Below, piece by piece: positions 11,617 through 25,375 of a DNA stretch of 64,000 nt. This DNA comes from Eledone cirrhosa (lineage: Eukaryota), in contig OZ024752.1 of assembly GCA_964016885.1 (NCBI GenBank), positions 38,502,001-38,566,000 of the forward strand, read 5' to 3'. Below the pieces are notes generated by a model. That model searched no databases. It was not told the DNA's origin and saw only the letters and a list, made by a program, of their open reading frames with translations. Each line of letters starts with the position of its first letter. The first letter of the stretch is position 1. The position numbers and the translations under genes were made by a program.

Positions 11617-12305
11617 ATAGAACTGAGCTCTAGTTATGAGCATGCACATTAAATTGACCTTAGAACTGATCTCTGGTTATCAGCATTCACATCAGATTGA
11701 CCTTAGACTTGAGCTCTGGTTATGAGTATTCACATCAAATTGACCTTAGAACTGATCTCTGGTTATCAGCATTCACATCAGATTGTCCTTAGAATTGAGC
11801 TCTGGTTATGAGTATTCACATCAAATTGACCTTAGAACTGATCTCTGGTTATCAGCATTCACATCAGATTGTCCTTAGAATTGAGCTCTGGTTATGAGCG
11901 TTCACATCAAATTGACCTTAGAACTGAGCTCTGGTTATCAGCATGCATATTAAATTGACCTTAGAACTGATCTCTGGTTATCATCATCATTGTTTAATGT
12001 ATATCTTCCACGCTAGCATGTAGCTAATTACTGCTGCTGTTATTTAGTCTTTATTAAGCAGACGTATATACAAAAGCATTCCATCTGTGACCATCCTATT
12101 TTTCATATCAGGGACTTCATTCTGCCATGTATATCCGTTATTTAACCCTTTCGTCACCATATTTCTAATAAAATACATTGTATACTGTCTATGATTTTCA
12201 AATCATTTTGTATGAGCATTCACATCAAATTGACCTTAGAACTGAGCTCTGGTTATCAGCATTCACATCAAATTGACCTTAGAACTGAGCTCTGGTTATG
12301 AGCAA
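11617..12305. repeat. 43-bp minisatellite, interrupted at ~11985-12210
   Basis: Unit attgaccttagaactgagctctggttatcagcattcacatca(a/g). Alternating variants give an 86-bp dimer. Confidence 0.9.
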
Positions 12306-12804
12306 ATTCCCTTTGTATGGGCATTCACACCAAATTGACAAATTATTTTTAACTTCAAGGAGTTCCATAATGGTTTTAATAACTAACTCTTTTATGTCGA
12401 CTTTACAACAATTTAGTTGATCTCAATACTAAACACAATCTGTATAGTATGCTCTACCGATTTTGGATATAAATTTTTTTAAACGAAATTCCCTACACTA
12501 TATATATATATATATATCCGTATGTAGTTGACGACTGAGAGTAAAGAGTACTCAATACCAAAGTAGAGTTTAAATGTTCATTTTATTAAGGCTAAATAGT
12601 GAATCGTGTTACTCTGGAATTTGACCTGATATATACCAATTTCACTAACATATCTCTGTAGACAATTATTTATAATATAGACTTGAAGAGAGTCAGCTGT
12701 TGTTGTTTAGCCTTTATCAACCAGACGTATATACAAAAGCATTCCAGCTGTGACCATCCTATTTTTCATATCAGGAATTTCATTCTGCCATGTATATCCA
12801 TTAT

Positions 12805-13040
12805 TTAACCCTTTCATCACCATATTTCTAATAAAATATATTGTATACTGTCTATGATTTTCAAATCATTTTGAAAAAAATCAATGATTTAGTAATATAA
12901 TTAACTTCCACATTAATAGGCTTCTGTTTGGAACATAACTTAATGCAAGTTTCTTACATAAAATTATGATGGAGTGGTTTTAAATATAATCACTTTAAAA
13001 TAAACAACTTTGTATAACATAACGTATCAAGCCAGTTAAA
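12805..13040 (+). mobile_element. piggyBac-like MITE (family 2); partial duplicate at 12142-12210
   Basis: TTAACCCTTTC start, homologous to 38026-38262. Confidence 0.6.
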
Positions 13041-13179
13041 GTGGGTAGGATTTGATTTGTGAAACTAGTAGATTCTGGCCAATTGGTTAATAATTCGTAT
13101 CCTGTCTATATATTATGTACCACAAGATCATAGTTCTTTGTTCTGTAACTGCTGAGTACCATTCCCTGCTGTAAACAAT

Positions 13180-13530
13180 TGTTTCTACTTTAGGCACAAG
13201 GCCAGCAATTACACAGTGCATTACTGGTACTTTATTTTATCGACCCCGTAAGGATGAAAGGCAAAGTCAACCTCGGCGGGATTTGAACTCAGATCGTAAA
13301 AGGACGTAACTATGCTGGAAAGCATGGTGTCCGACCCTCTACCAATACTTGTTTCTACGTTAGGCACAAGGCCAGCAATTACCCAGTGCATTACTGGTAC
13401 TTTATTTTATCGACCCCGTAAGGATGAAAGGCAAAGTTAACCTCGGTGGGATTTGAACTTAGACCGTAAAAGGACGTAACTATGCTGGAAAGCATGGCGT
13501 CCGACCCTCCACCGATACTGCCAATCCAAT
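13180..13530 (-). mobile_element. Two head-to-tail family A SINEs
   Basis: Two copies of ggcacaaggccagcaattac...gatttgaact...ccgaccctc. Confidence 0.85.
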
Positions 13531-13563
13531 GGCCGCTTTGTATTCGCTGTTGTAAACAATGAT

Positions 13564-13865
13564 AGGCAGCGAATTGGCTGAGTTGTTAGAACGTTGAATA
13601 GAATGCTTTGCAGTATTTATTTTGGCTTTCTGCTCTCTCAGTTCAAATCCCATCGAGGTTAACTTTGCCTTTCATCCATTCGAGGTCGATAAAAAAAAGT
13701 ACCAGTCTAGTAGCATGATTTTTCCTCTATATCCCTTTCTCACTCTCTCTATTCTTCACGGGAAGAAACATGCCGACTACTCAAGCTTGGAGAGGGGATG
13801 GACTCCGCCAGGTTTTAAAATGTCCTAAGAAATGCCGTATGTCAAAACGACTCCCCCAGAGTCCA
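13564..13865 (+). mobile_element. SINE family A variant with an extended tail
   Basis: Homologous to 7396-7742. Confidence 0.7.
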
Positions 13866-14816
13866 TACCGTACCAACATTCAGGCATTAATAAATGTAGT
13901 ATCTTACGGTGTTCAGCTCAAATACTCTTCTTGACTAGAGTAGATAAGGGAGGCCACTCCATGTTTTAAAGATTATTTTCCACCACCTGATTTCAACGTT
14001 TCAAATCTCATATAGATATTTAGATAGAGAAAAGAGTCAAGTAATTGACTTCTATTTTCAAACTTAAAAGACTGTTTTTATACAAATTTTCTATACTAGC
14101 ATATATTTTTTTTAATGAATTATTTTTACAACCCCCTCCAAAAAATAGGAGTGGAATCAATCCGAGTTAAACAGAGTTATGTACCTTGTCAAATGGCAAT
14201 CTTGTGTAAATATGAGGTTTGAACTTATGAATATCTAAAACTTCTCAGCAGCTGTAACGAAATTACGTAAAAAGACTAGATGTTCTAGGGGCATATCTAA
14301 GCCTATTTCATTGTCTTAAATGTATTTCAAAAGAACTGGATAGAGACACTTAAGTGCATTTTGTAAAACATGGCATTTATGAATTAGAAAATGTTGTTAT
14401 CAACACCAGAAATTATCTTCATAGATGGTTTGAAGGATAGGTTTAATGTTCATTATGTTAGGGTCTCTTGAACCAGTAGATGGAAATGAATGGATAGATT
14501 AAAGAATTATGGGTGCAGGTTTGTGGTTGGTTTAACAGTAAGATGGATGGTGCCTGAGGTTGAGTTTAGGCATTTAGTTTAAATTTGGTTTAGGTGTGTG
14601 TTGGGCTTTCATTTTCTGAATGTTTTCTTTATGGGTTAAAATCTGGCTTTGGTTCAAAATTGAATGAGTTTTGTTGACAGATGGTCTTATTTACATATTT
14701 AACCCTTTAGCATTTAAACCCCTTGGTAATACAATACTCCCAAAAGGTGAGTTATGTTACTAAATTCTAGATTATTTTCAACATTAATTGAAATATATAA
14801 GCTGTCTAATTGGAAA

Positions 14817-15255
14817 TCATCATCATCATCACTGTTTAACATCCATTTATCCACGTTAGCATGGGTTAGACGAGTTTTCCCATTGTGTGACAAGTCAGAT
14901 CAGATGACTAGGAATAGTTCATACAGAACTGATTTTGGCTTGGTTTGTATGGTGGATGCTCTTCCTAACGCCAATCACATTTACAGTGTGGACTGGGGGC
15001 GTTTTATCATGACACCCACACGACCACTTTACAGTGTTGACTGGGCGCTTTTTGTTGTGACACCTACATAACAACTTTACAGTATGGACTGGGTGCTTTT
15101 TGTTGTGATGCCAACATGACCACTTTACAGTGTGGATTGGGTGTTTTTTTTATCATAACACCTACATGACCACTCTACAGTATGGACTGGGTGCTTATTG
15201 TGAGACCTACATGACCACTTCACAGTGTGGGCTGGGTGCTTTTTATCGTGACAGT
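14817..15255 (-). mobile_element. RTE 3'UTR fragment with internal ~40-bp repeats
   Basis: (TCA)n, ccacgttagcatgggttagacg, gatgctcttcctaac and repeated ccactttacagtgtggactggg. Confidence 0.7.
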
Positions 15256-16330
15256 ATATGGCAACAAAAGAGTTAAAAAGTGTTTTGTTAGCTTGTTATG
15301 CTAAATTTGAATATTCTGAAAGGCCAGACTTCTTATAGTTAGTTGACAGGTAGTTGACAGAGTTGTAACGACTTCAAAACTTTGATAAGCCCAGGCATAA
15401 TGCTACAACCATGTCAAATTAGCAATTGAAAAAAGAAATTAATCAAAAATGAAGAAACCAACTTTTATAAGAAAAACAAAAATGTTAGAAAGAAGAGAAG
15501 AGAACTCTAGAGGTAGAAGGCTCCAAGATTGATTTATTCATTGAATCAATTCACCAGATTACAAACAGTACAAAGCACTAAAAGACATGGTTTATTTTAC
15601 CATTAATGTTTATATATCAAAAGAAACAAAGCGAGATGAAATTATTAATTGCCTCAGAAAAAAAGTTATCTTCAGAAGTAGAAATATAGAGTTATACATA
15701 CAAAATAATATTTATTTTTTTTTGGTGTGTGTGTGTTTTTAATTAATCAATTAATTAACATTCTTTTGCTTGGTTGTGGTTGTTGTTGTTGTTGTTGTTG
15801 TTGTTATTGTTACTATTATTATTCATCAAAAGTGTGGGGAAAGCTCCGAGGGCACACATGGAGAAAGTCCACAAAAAAGGTCAAGGTTACCATGGCTTTT
15901 TGTGCACTTTTTCCATGAGTGACCCCCGGAGATTCCTCCCCCCACCCCCACCCCATTTGGGGGGAATTTGTTACGTTTTAGTTTTAAATATTTATTCTTT
16001 AGAACTTCTTTATAAACCTTTCTCTCACCCTCCCCCCCCCAAACCCACACTGTACCGTCCTTATTGTCCTCTTAATGTAAGCCCTGTGTGGCTAATAAAG
16101 ATTCCATTATTATTATTATTAGTGTTATTATTATTATTATTAGTGTTATTATTATTATTATTTTACTTGATGTCTCAGTCATTGATGTTATTTGACTGGA
16201 ATAATTTCCCTAATGAATATCAAGCTGCTACCCGCAGCCCCAGGGTGTATCGAAGGGTCCTTACCTATTATTAATATTATTGTTAGTGTCATTATTGTTA
16301 TCGAATTTCTCTTCGCTGAACAGTTTTCCC

Positions 16331-17987
16331 TAGAACCTAGCAACATGTAGAACCTAGCAACATGTAGAGCCTAGCAACATGTAGAACCTAGCAACATGTA
16401 GAAACTAGCAACATGTAGAACCTAGCTACATGTAGAAACTAGCAACATGTAGAACCTAGCTACATGTAGAACCTAGCAACATGTAGAAACTAGCAACATG
16501 TAGAACCTAGCTACATGTAGAAACTAGCAACATGTAGAACCTAGCTACATGTAGAACCTAGCAACATGTAGAACCTAGCTACATCTAGAACCTAGCAACA
16601 TGTAGAAACTAGCAACATGTAGAGACTAGCAACATGTAGAAACTAGCTACATGTAGAACCTAGCTACATGTAGAACCTAGCGACATGTAGAAACTAGCAA
16701 CATGTAGAGCCTAACTACATGTAGAAACTAGCAACATGTAGAACCTAGCTACATGTAGAACCTAGCAACATGTAGAACCTAGCTACATGTAGAACCTAGC
16801 AACATGTAGAGACTAGCAACATGTAGAAACTAGCAACATGTAGAGCCTAACTACATGTAGAAACTAGCAACATGTAGAACCTAGCTACATGTAGAACCTA
16901 GCAACATGTAGAACCTAGCTACATGTAGAACCTAGCAACATGTAGAGACTAGCAACATGTAGAACCTAGCAACATGTAGAACCTAGCTACATGTAGAACC
17001 TAGCTACATGTAGAACCTAGCTACATGTAGAGCCTAGCAACATGTAGAAACTAGCAACATGTAGAACCTAGCAACATGTATAAACTAACTACATGTAGAG
17101 ACTAGCTACATGTAGAACCTAGCAACATGTAGAAACTAGCAAAATGGAGAAACTAACAACATGTAGAACCTAGCAACATGTAGAAACTAGCAACGTGTAG
17201 AACCTAGCAACATGTAGAAACTAACTACATGTAGAAACTAGCTACATGTAGAACCTAGCAACATGTAGAACCTAGCAACATGTAGAACCTAGCTACATGT
17301 AGAACCTAGCGACATGTAGAAACTAGCAACATGTAGAACCTAGCAACATGTAGAAACTAGCTACATGTAGAGACTAGCAACATGTAGAACCTAGCAACAT
17401 GTAGAACCTAGCAACATGTAGAACCTAGCTACATGTAGAACCTAGTTACATGTAGAACCTAGCAACATGTAGAGACTAGCAACATGTAGAAACTAGCAAC
17501 ATGTAGAAACTAGCAACATGTAGAGACTAGCAACATGTAGAAACTAGCAACATGTAGAAACTAGCAACATGTAGAACCTAGCAACATGTAGAAACTAGAA
17601 ACATGTAGAAACTAACTACACGTAGAACCTAGCAACATGTAGAACCTAGCTACATGTAGAGCCTAGCTACATGTAGAAACTCTAGCTACGTGTAGAACCT
17701 AGCAACATGTAGAACCTAGCTACATGTAGAACCTAGTTACATGTAGAACCTAGCTACATGTAGAACCTAGCTACATGTAGAACCTAGCAACATGTAGAAC
17801 CTAGCTACATGTAGAAACTAGCAACATGTAGAAACTAACTACATGTAGAACCTAGCTACATGTAGAAACTCTAGCTACATGTAGAAACTGTAGCTACATG
17901 TAGAACCTAGCAACATGTAGAACCTAGCTACATGTAGAAAGTCTAGCTACATGTAGAAACTCTAGCTACATGTAGAAACTCTAGCTA
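16331..17987. repeat. 17-bp minisatellite (AGAACCTAGCAACATGT), ~97 copies
   Basis: Direct reading. 19-bp variants appear at the 3' end. Confidence 0.97.
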
Positions 17988-18067
17988 AGCCAAATACAAT
18001 TTTTACAAATGTTGTGGGTTTTAAAAAAAGTTTCCATTTATGTCGATTATGGAAAATAATAATAATA

Positions 18068-18555
18068 GTTGTATCTACTTTTGGCACAAGGCCAGCAATT
18101 ACCCCAGTGCATTACTGGTACTTTATTTTATCGACCACTCAAGGATGAAAGACAAAGTTAAACTTGGCGGGATTTGGACTCAGACCGTAAAGGGCCGTAA
18201 CTCTATGCTGCAAAGCATGGTGCCCGACCCTCTACCGATACTGCCAATCCACTGCCCTAAATAATAATAATGGTTTCTTATATAGGCACAAGGCCAGTAA
18301 TTTGGGGGGGAGGGGAAAGTCGATTAAATCGACTCCAGTGCGTGACTGGTACTTTATTTTATCGACCCCGTAAGGATGAAAGGCAAAGTTAACCTTGGCG
18401 GGATTTGAACTCAGAATAATAATGGTTTCTGATTTAGGGACAAGGCCAACAATTTGAAAGGAAGAGGAAAATCGATTAAATCGACCCCAGTACATTACTG
18501 GTACTTTATTTCATCGACCCCGTAAGGATGAAAGGCAAAGCTAACCTTAGCAGGA
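18068..18555 (-). mobile_element. Cluster of three family A SINEs separated by (AAT)n
   Basis: Repeated ggcacaaggcc...cgacccc.taaggatgaaagg. Confidence 0.85.
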
Positions 18556-18580
18556 TGTGAACAGTAATAATAACAATAAT

Positions 18581-19095
18581 TTGAAACGTTGGCTCAAGGC
18601 CACAGACTTGAAACATTGGCTCAAGGCCACGCATTTGAAACATTGGCTCAAGGCCACAGACTTGAAACATTGGCTCAAGGCCACAGACTTGAAACATTGG
18701 CTCAAGGCCACCCATTTGAAACATTGGCTCAAGGTCACAGACTTGAAACATTGGCTTAAGGCCACGCATTTGAAACATTGGCTCAAGGCCACAGACTTGA
18801 AACATTGGCTCAAGGCCACACACTTGAAACATTGGCTCAAGGCCACAGACTTGAAACATTGGCTCAAGGCCACACACTTGAAACATTGGCTCAAGGCCAC
18901 GCATTTGAAACATTGGCTCAAGGCCACAGACTTGAAACATTGGCTCAAGGCCACACACTTGAAACATTGGCTCAAGGCCACACACTTGAAACATTGGCTC
19001 AAGGCCACACACTTGAAACATTGGCTCAAGGCCACAGACTTGAAACATTGGCTCAAGGCCACAGACTTGAAACATTGGCTCAACGCCACACATTT
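18581..19095. repeat. 27-bp minisatellite (TTGAAACATTGGCTCAAGGCCACAGAC), ~19 copies
   Basis: Direct reading. The unit resembles the SINE end ttggcacaaggcca and runs into a diverged SINE at 19095-19270. Confidence 0.95.
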
Positions 19096-19706
19096 GCAGA
19101 AGAAAGGCAAATTTGATTGAATCAACTTCCAGTATATATTTCATTGACTTTAGAATAATGAAAGGTAAGTTAACTTAAGAGGGATTCAAACTGAAAATGT
19201 AAAAAGCTGTAATTGAATGTTGTTTGGAAGTTTGTTTAGTCATATTCCTGCTGCTTCTGTCACTCCATTGTCTTAGTGATAGTTATGATGTCTAACATTG
19301 TCAGAGAGCCATATATACATACATGCACACACACACATATATTATAAAGAGTCAGGACCCCAACAGCTGAGCTCTTGCCATTTCAACAGCTAAGTCTGAC
19401 GAGCTTTTAATTCCAGAATCAGGCCAGATTGATACAAATCGTACCTTGAGCTGATCAATAGTGAAACACACGTCACCATTCAATAAACGTAATGAAGACT
19501 TAACAAATTGTCCTTTTATGCTGGGCACACAAGCAGTAGGACGTGTGTTTTTTCCTGCCAGCGACATATCAAACATGTCGGATATCATCTGAGGATATCG
19601 TTCTCATAACAACAACAAATGCATGAAGGACTTCTCGATTGCATGGAGAACCGTGGAAATAATTATAATGATTAAACAATCTATGTAACCTCAGCATCTT
19701 ATTTTG

Positions 19707-22338
19707 CACCTCTCCAAGACAATGTCACTGGACCGAGACCTATGGCGGTACTCAGTAATAGAGAAGACCCGCCTTACCTAAATACAAAGTAAAACCTACT
19801 ACAGTCAGTAGGCATCTCTAACAAAATACACCCCCGTCCCACCACCCTCACCCCATCCACACCGCCCCTTTCAATGTAAAGTTATGTTGGTGCCACAACA
19901 TCCAGGCCGAAACAAATGAGATTGTGTAGGTGTCACGACAAAAAAAACACACTCCACGCTGTAATGTGGCCATGTAGGCAACACGGTAAAAACCTCCCAG
20001 CCCCACACTGTAAATGTGGTTGGTGTTAGGAAGGGCATCCAGCTGTAGAAAACCCGCCAGACAGTCCACGCTGTAATGTGGCCGTGTAGGCAACACGGTA
20101 AAAACCTCCCAGCCCCACACTGTAAATGTGGTTGGTGTTAGGAAGGGCATCCAACTGTAGAAAACCCGCCAGACAGTCCACGCTGTAATGTGGCCGTGTA
20201 GGCAACACGGTAAAAACCTCCCAGCCCCACACTGTAAATGTGGTTGGTGTTAGGAAGGGCATCCAGCTGTAGAAAACCCGCCAGACAGTCCACGCTGTAA
20301 TGTGGCCGTGTAGGCAACACGGTAAAAACCTCCCAGCCCCACACTGTAAATGTGGTTGGTGTTAGGAAGGGCATCCAGCTGTAGAAAACCCGCCAGACAG
20401 TCCACGCTGTAATGTGGCCGTGTAGGCAACACGGTAAAAACCTCCCAGCCCCACACTGTAAATGTGGTTGGTGTTAGGAAGGGCATCCAGCTGTAGAAAA
20501 CCCGCCAGACAGTCCACGCTGTAATGTGGCCGTGTAGGCAGCACGGTAAAAACCTCCCAGCCCCACACTGTAAATGTGGTTGGTGTTAGGAAGGGCATCC
20601 AGCTGTAGAAAACCCACCAGACAGTCCACGCTGTAATGTGGCCGTGTAGGCAACACGGTAAAAACCTCCCAGCCCCACACTGTAAATGTGGTTGGTGTTA
20701 GGAAGGGCATCCAGCTGTAGAAAACCCGCCAGACAATCCACGCTGTAATGTGGCCGTGTAGGCAACACGGTAAAAACCTCCCAGCCCCACACTGTAAATG
20801 TGGTTGGTGTTAGGAAGGGCATCCAGCTGTAGAAAACCCGCCAGACAGTCCACGCTGTAATGTGGCCGTGTAGGCAACACGGTAAAAACCTCCCAGCCCC
20901 ACACTGTAAATGTGGTTGGTGTTAGGAAGGGCATCCAGCTGTAGAAAACCCGCCAGACAGTCCACGCTGTAATGTGGCCGTGTAGGCAACACGGTAAAAA
21001 CCTCCCAGCCCCACACTGTAAATGTGGTTGGTGTTAGGAAGGGCATCCAGCTGTAGAAAACCCGCCAGACAGTCCACGCTGTAATGTGGCCGTGTAGGCA
21101 ACACGGTAAAAACCTCCCAGCCCCACACTGTAAATATGGTTGGTGTTAGAAAGGGCATCCAGCTGTAGAAAACACGCCAGACAGTCCACGCTGTAATGTG
21201 GCCGTGTAGGCAACACGGTAAAAACCTCCCAGCCCCACACTGTAAATGTGGTTGGTGTTAGGAAGGGCATCCAGCTGTAGAAAACCCGCCAGACAGTCCA
21301 CGCTGTAATGTGGCCGTGTAGGCAACACGGTAAAAACCTCCCAGCCCCACACTGTAAATGTGGTTGGTGTTAGGAAGGGCATCCAGCTGTAGAAAACCCG
21401 CCAGACAGTCCACGCTGTAATGTGGCCGTGTAGGCAGCACGGTAAAAACCTCCCAGCCCCACACTGTAAATGTGGTTGGTGTTAGGAAGGGCATCCAGCT
21501 GTAGAAAACCCACCAGACAGTCCACGCTGTAATGTGGCCGTGTAGGCAACACGGTAAAAACCTCCCAGCCCCACACTGTAAATGTGGTTGGTGTTAGGAA
21601 GGGCATCCAGCTGTAGAAAACCCGCCAGACAATCCACGCTGTAATGTGGCCGTGTAGGCAACACGGTAAAAACCTCCCAGCCCCACACTGTAAATGTGGT
21701 TGGTGTTAGGAAGGGCATCCAGCTGTAGAAAACCCGCCAGACAGTCCACGCTGTAATGTGGCCGTGTAGGCAACACGGTAAAAACCTCCCAGCCCCACAC
21801 TGTAAATGTGGTTGGTGTTAGGAAGGGCATCCAGCTGTAGAAAACCCGCCAGACAGTCCACGCTGTAATGTGGCCGTGTAGGCAACACGGTAAAAACCTC
21901 CCAGCCCCACACTGTAAATGTGGTTGGTGTTAGGAAGGGCATCCAGCTGTAGAAAACCCGCCAGACAGTCCACGCTGTAATGTGGCCGTGTAGGCAACAC
22001 GGTAAAAACCTCCCAGCCCCACACTGTAAATATGGTTGGTGTTAGAAAGGGCATCCAGCTGTAGAAAACACGCCAGACAGTCCACGCTGTAATGTGGCCG
22101 TGTAGGCAACACGGTAAAAACCTCCCAGCCCCACACTGTAAATGTGGTTGGTGTTAGGAAGGGCATCCAGCTGTAGAAAACCCACCAGACAGTCCTAGGC
22201 GAGCAATGACAACCACTCTTGCCTCAAGTGGGAAAACTCCCGTCCAAACCCATGCAAGCGTGGAACATGGACGTTAAACGATGATGATGATGATGATGAT
22301 GGCAATGATTGTGATGATGATGATGATGATGATGATGA
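19707..22338 (+). mobile_element. 5'-truncated RTE LINE 3' end containing a 112-bp tandem expansion
   Basis: HLSKTMSLDRDLWRYSVIEKTRLT* (19707-19781) matches the RTE C-terminus at 27062-27287. The tail ccatgcaagcgtggaacatggacgttaaacga(tga)n resumes after the array. Confidence 0.85.
19953..22195. repeat. 112-bp satellite, ~20 copies, with an 896-bp (8-mer) higher-order period
   Basis: The ORF track repeats every 112 bp. Variant bases recur 896 bp apart (e.g. 20541/21437). Confidence 0.97.
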
Positions 22339-22680
22339 TATGTATTCCATTCATGATTATTAACATTTCTAATTTTATTTATTCATTTCATCTCAATTGT
22401 TAACTCAACAAGATATGACTTAGAGTTTTTCGTTCTCTCCCCTTTTCTCTGTCTCCTCTCTCTCTATCTCTATCTTTCTCTCTCTGTTGTTCTGGTCTTT
22501 CTCTCTCTCCCTCTCTATCTTTCTCTTTCTCCGTAACCCAACGGCTTATTTTAAAAATAAAAATATCCAATACTAATAATATAATTAAAGCTACAACTCC
22601 ACTATCCGGGAGCTTCCAACAGCAATGGTTGCATTCTTTAAGGGTATGTCAATATTTATCTATAAAACTGATCTATATTA

Positions 22681-22745
22681 TATTTTATCTGATGAAAGCA
22701 CACCATAATTTAACTTGGTGTCCTTGAAATATGTATAATGAAATA
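22681..22745 (+). ncRNA. Type I hammerhead ribozyme motif
   Basis: tattttat-CTGATGA-aag c acacca(loop)tggtgt c ctt-GAAA-tatgta-TA|atgaaata. Stems I, II and palindromic III can all form, and the predicted cut is after A22737. Confidence 0.75.
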
Positions 22746-22874
22746 AATATAGTTTTATAAATATAGTTTCATTTGTTAATATCGTATTTTTACTCCAAAT
22801 ATTTGTTGAGTGCTTTATATCAGTTATAAAAATATTTGCTTGTTGTATCCCAACAATTTAAATAGAACTTTTAC

Positions 22875-22913
<39 letters not shown>

Positions 22914-22915
22914 AA

Positions 22916-23148
22916 TGGCATGGCTTAGTGGTTAAAGCATTGGGCTTGCAATCGAAAGGTTGTGAATTCAATTCTCAGACTGGGCGATGTGTTGTTTCCT
23001 TGAGCAAGAAACTTTATTTCATGTTGCTCCAGTTTACCCAGCTGTAGAAATGAGTACTGGCCTGCCCGCCCAGCCAGTGGGATGGCGTTATCTTATGGCT
23101 AAAACACCACGACGATTGGCGCCCGACAGACTGGTCGGTCAAGGTGAT
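22916..23148 (+). mobile_element. Family B SINE head with a different (non-RTE) tail
   Basis: TGGCTTAGTGGTTAAAGC A-box, a B-box-like sequence and the core, then gagtactggcctgcccgcccagcc... Confidence 0.8.
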
Positions 23149-23185
23149 ATATATATATATGTAATAAGTAAGATGTCTAACATTG

Positions 23186-23720
23186 TCACATATATATATA
23201 TATATATACATACATACATACATGTATATATATATGGCAGGCCACATATATATATACATACATACATGTATATATATATAGGGCCACATATATATATACA
23301 TACATACATGTATATATATATGGCAGGCCACATATATACATACATACATACATGTATATATATATGGCAGGCCACATATATATATACATACATACATGTA
23401 TATATATAGGGCGGGCCACATATATACATACATACATGTATATATATATAGGGCCACATATATACATACATACATACATGTATATATATATAGGGCCATA
23501 TATATACATACATACATACATGTATATATATAGGGCGGGCCACATATATACATACATACATACATGTATATATATATAGGGCGGGCCACATATATACATA
23601 CATACATACATGTATATATATAGGGCGGGCCACATATATATATACATACATACATGTATATATATAGGGCGGGCCACATATATATATATACATACATACA
23701 TGTATATATATAGGGCGGAG
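23186..23720. repeat. Compound microsatellite/minisatellite with GGCGGGCCAC spacers (~40-46 bp units)
   Basis: Direct reading. Confidence 0.9.
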
Positions 23721-23884
23721 GAGTGAACCATCATCATTGTTTAACATCCATTTTTCTTTTCCATGCTAGCATGGGTTAGTCAAGTTGTGCCATTATGAGA
23801 CAAATCAGACCAGAAGTCCGTGACTGGCTCATACAGAACTGTTTCTAGCTTGGTTTCTACAACAGGATGCCCTTCCCAACACCA

Positions 23885-24795
23885 AACAGCTGATTAAATT
23901 GACTTCGGCATTCAACAGGTACTTATTATTTTATTAACCCTCAGCCCTCAAAATATGAAAAGTAGAGTTGATCCTACTAAGGATTTCAACTCAGAATGTA
24001 AAGAGAAATCCTCTAAGTTTTTAATTTAGGCACAAGGCCAGCAATTCTAGGGGGGGGGGTTAGCAATTGATTATATTGATCTAGTACTTGAGTTATTTTA
24101 TTGATCCTAGAAAGATGAAAGGTAAAGCATTTTGTCTAGCATTCATTCTAACGATTCTGCCAATATGACACCCTTAATAATGATTTCTACATTTGGCACA
24201 AGGCCAGAATTATGGGGGAAGGGAAAGTCGATTATATTGACACCCCAGCGCATTACTGGTGCTTTATTTTATTGGACCCGTAAGGATAAAAGGCAAAGCT
24301 AACCTCCGCAGAATTTAAACTCTGAATGTAAAGGGACATAACATGTATGGCACTCTAACGACTCTGCCAATGTGACACCCTAAATAATGGTTTCTACTAT
24401 AGGCACGATGCCAGCAATTTGGCGGGAGGGGAAAGTCCATTAAATCGATCCCAGTGCATGACTGGTACTTTATTTTATCGACCCTGTAAGGATGAAAGGC
24501 CAAGCTAACCTTGACGGGATTTCAACTCAGAACGTAAAGGGACGTAACTAAATACTGCAAAGCATTTTGTCCGATGCTCTACAGATTCTGCCAATCCATC
24601 AATAATAATTGTTTCTACTTTTGGCACAAGGCCATCAATTACCCCCAGTACATTACTGGTCCTTTATTTTATCGACCCCGTAAGGATGAAAGGCAAAGTT
24701 AACCTCAGCGGGATTTGAACTCAGACTATAAAGGGACGTAACTCTGTGCTGGAAAGCATGGCGTCCGACCCTCTACCAATACTGCCAATCCACCA
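23885..24795 (-). mobile_element. Array of five head-to-tail family A SINEs of graded divergence
   Basis: Five successive homologous units joined by AAT-rich linkers. Confidence 0.8.
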
Positions 24796-25375
24796 TGATA
24801 CTGATACTGTTGTCAATATGTACATGTTAATATTGATATAGTCAAAGGTTTTGATGGTAATTGAATAAAAATGATAGTAGCAGTAAGTGCAATGAATTGA
24901 CCCCATTATATTGCTGGTATTTAATGTGTTTTCTCAGAGGTTTAACAGTCAGGGTGAATCTAAATGAAATTTAAACACAGAAAACACCAAATGACAAACC
25001 CGATGCCATTAAAATATCTAGTTTGGTTCCCTGTCATTGGTACTAACTCCTTTGTTTAAATAGAAAATAAGTTTCCTTCATTGGCACAAAGTCTATGAAT
25101 TTAGTGGAGAGGTTATGGGAAGTTGTGGCATTAATACTTTTGTCAAGAGTATTTTTGACTGACCATACCCCTACAAGGTTCATCTCTCACAATTTCTTTG
25201 ATAATGATGTTGGGGATGTTGGTGATGTGAAGGTGTGTGGCTTAGCAGTTAGAGCATTGAGCTTTCAATTGTAAGGTTGTGAGTTTGAATCCCAGACCAG
25301 GAAATGCATTGTGTTCTTCAGCAAGACACTTTATTTCCCATTGCCCCAGTTCACTCAGCTGTAGAAATGAATTGC

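Noticed and set aside
15774-16274. Leu-rich 166-aa 'membrane protein' ORF
   Set aside because: The Leu runs come from (TTG)n/(TTA)n microsatellites flanking a probable LINE 3' fragment.
18506-19144. ORFs on both strands with 9-aa periodicity
   Set aside because: 27-bp minisatellite artefact.
19352-19588. 78-aa minus ORF in non-repetitive, moderately GC-rich DNA
   Set aside because: No recognisable motif, an in-frame stop shortly upstream and no clear splice sites. Possibly a TE relic, but it cannot be assigned.
16331-22195. CRISPR-like regular arrays (17, 27 and 112 bp)
   Set aside because: Pure tandem repeats with no unique spacers and no cas genes, in a eukaryotic context.
22916-22990. 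tRNA-like A/B boxes here and in other SINE heads
   Set aside because: No cloverleaf. They continue into SINE bodies, so they are not tRNA genes.
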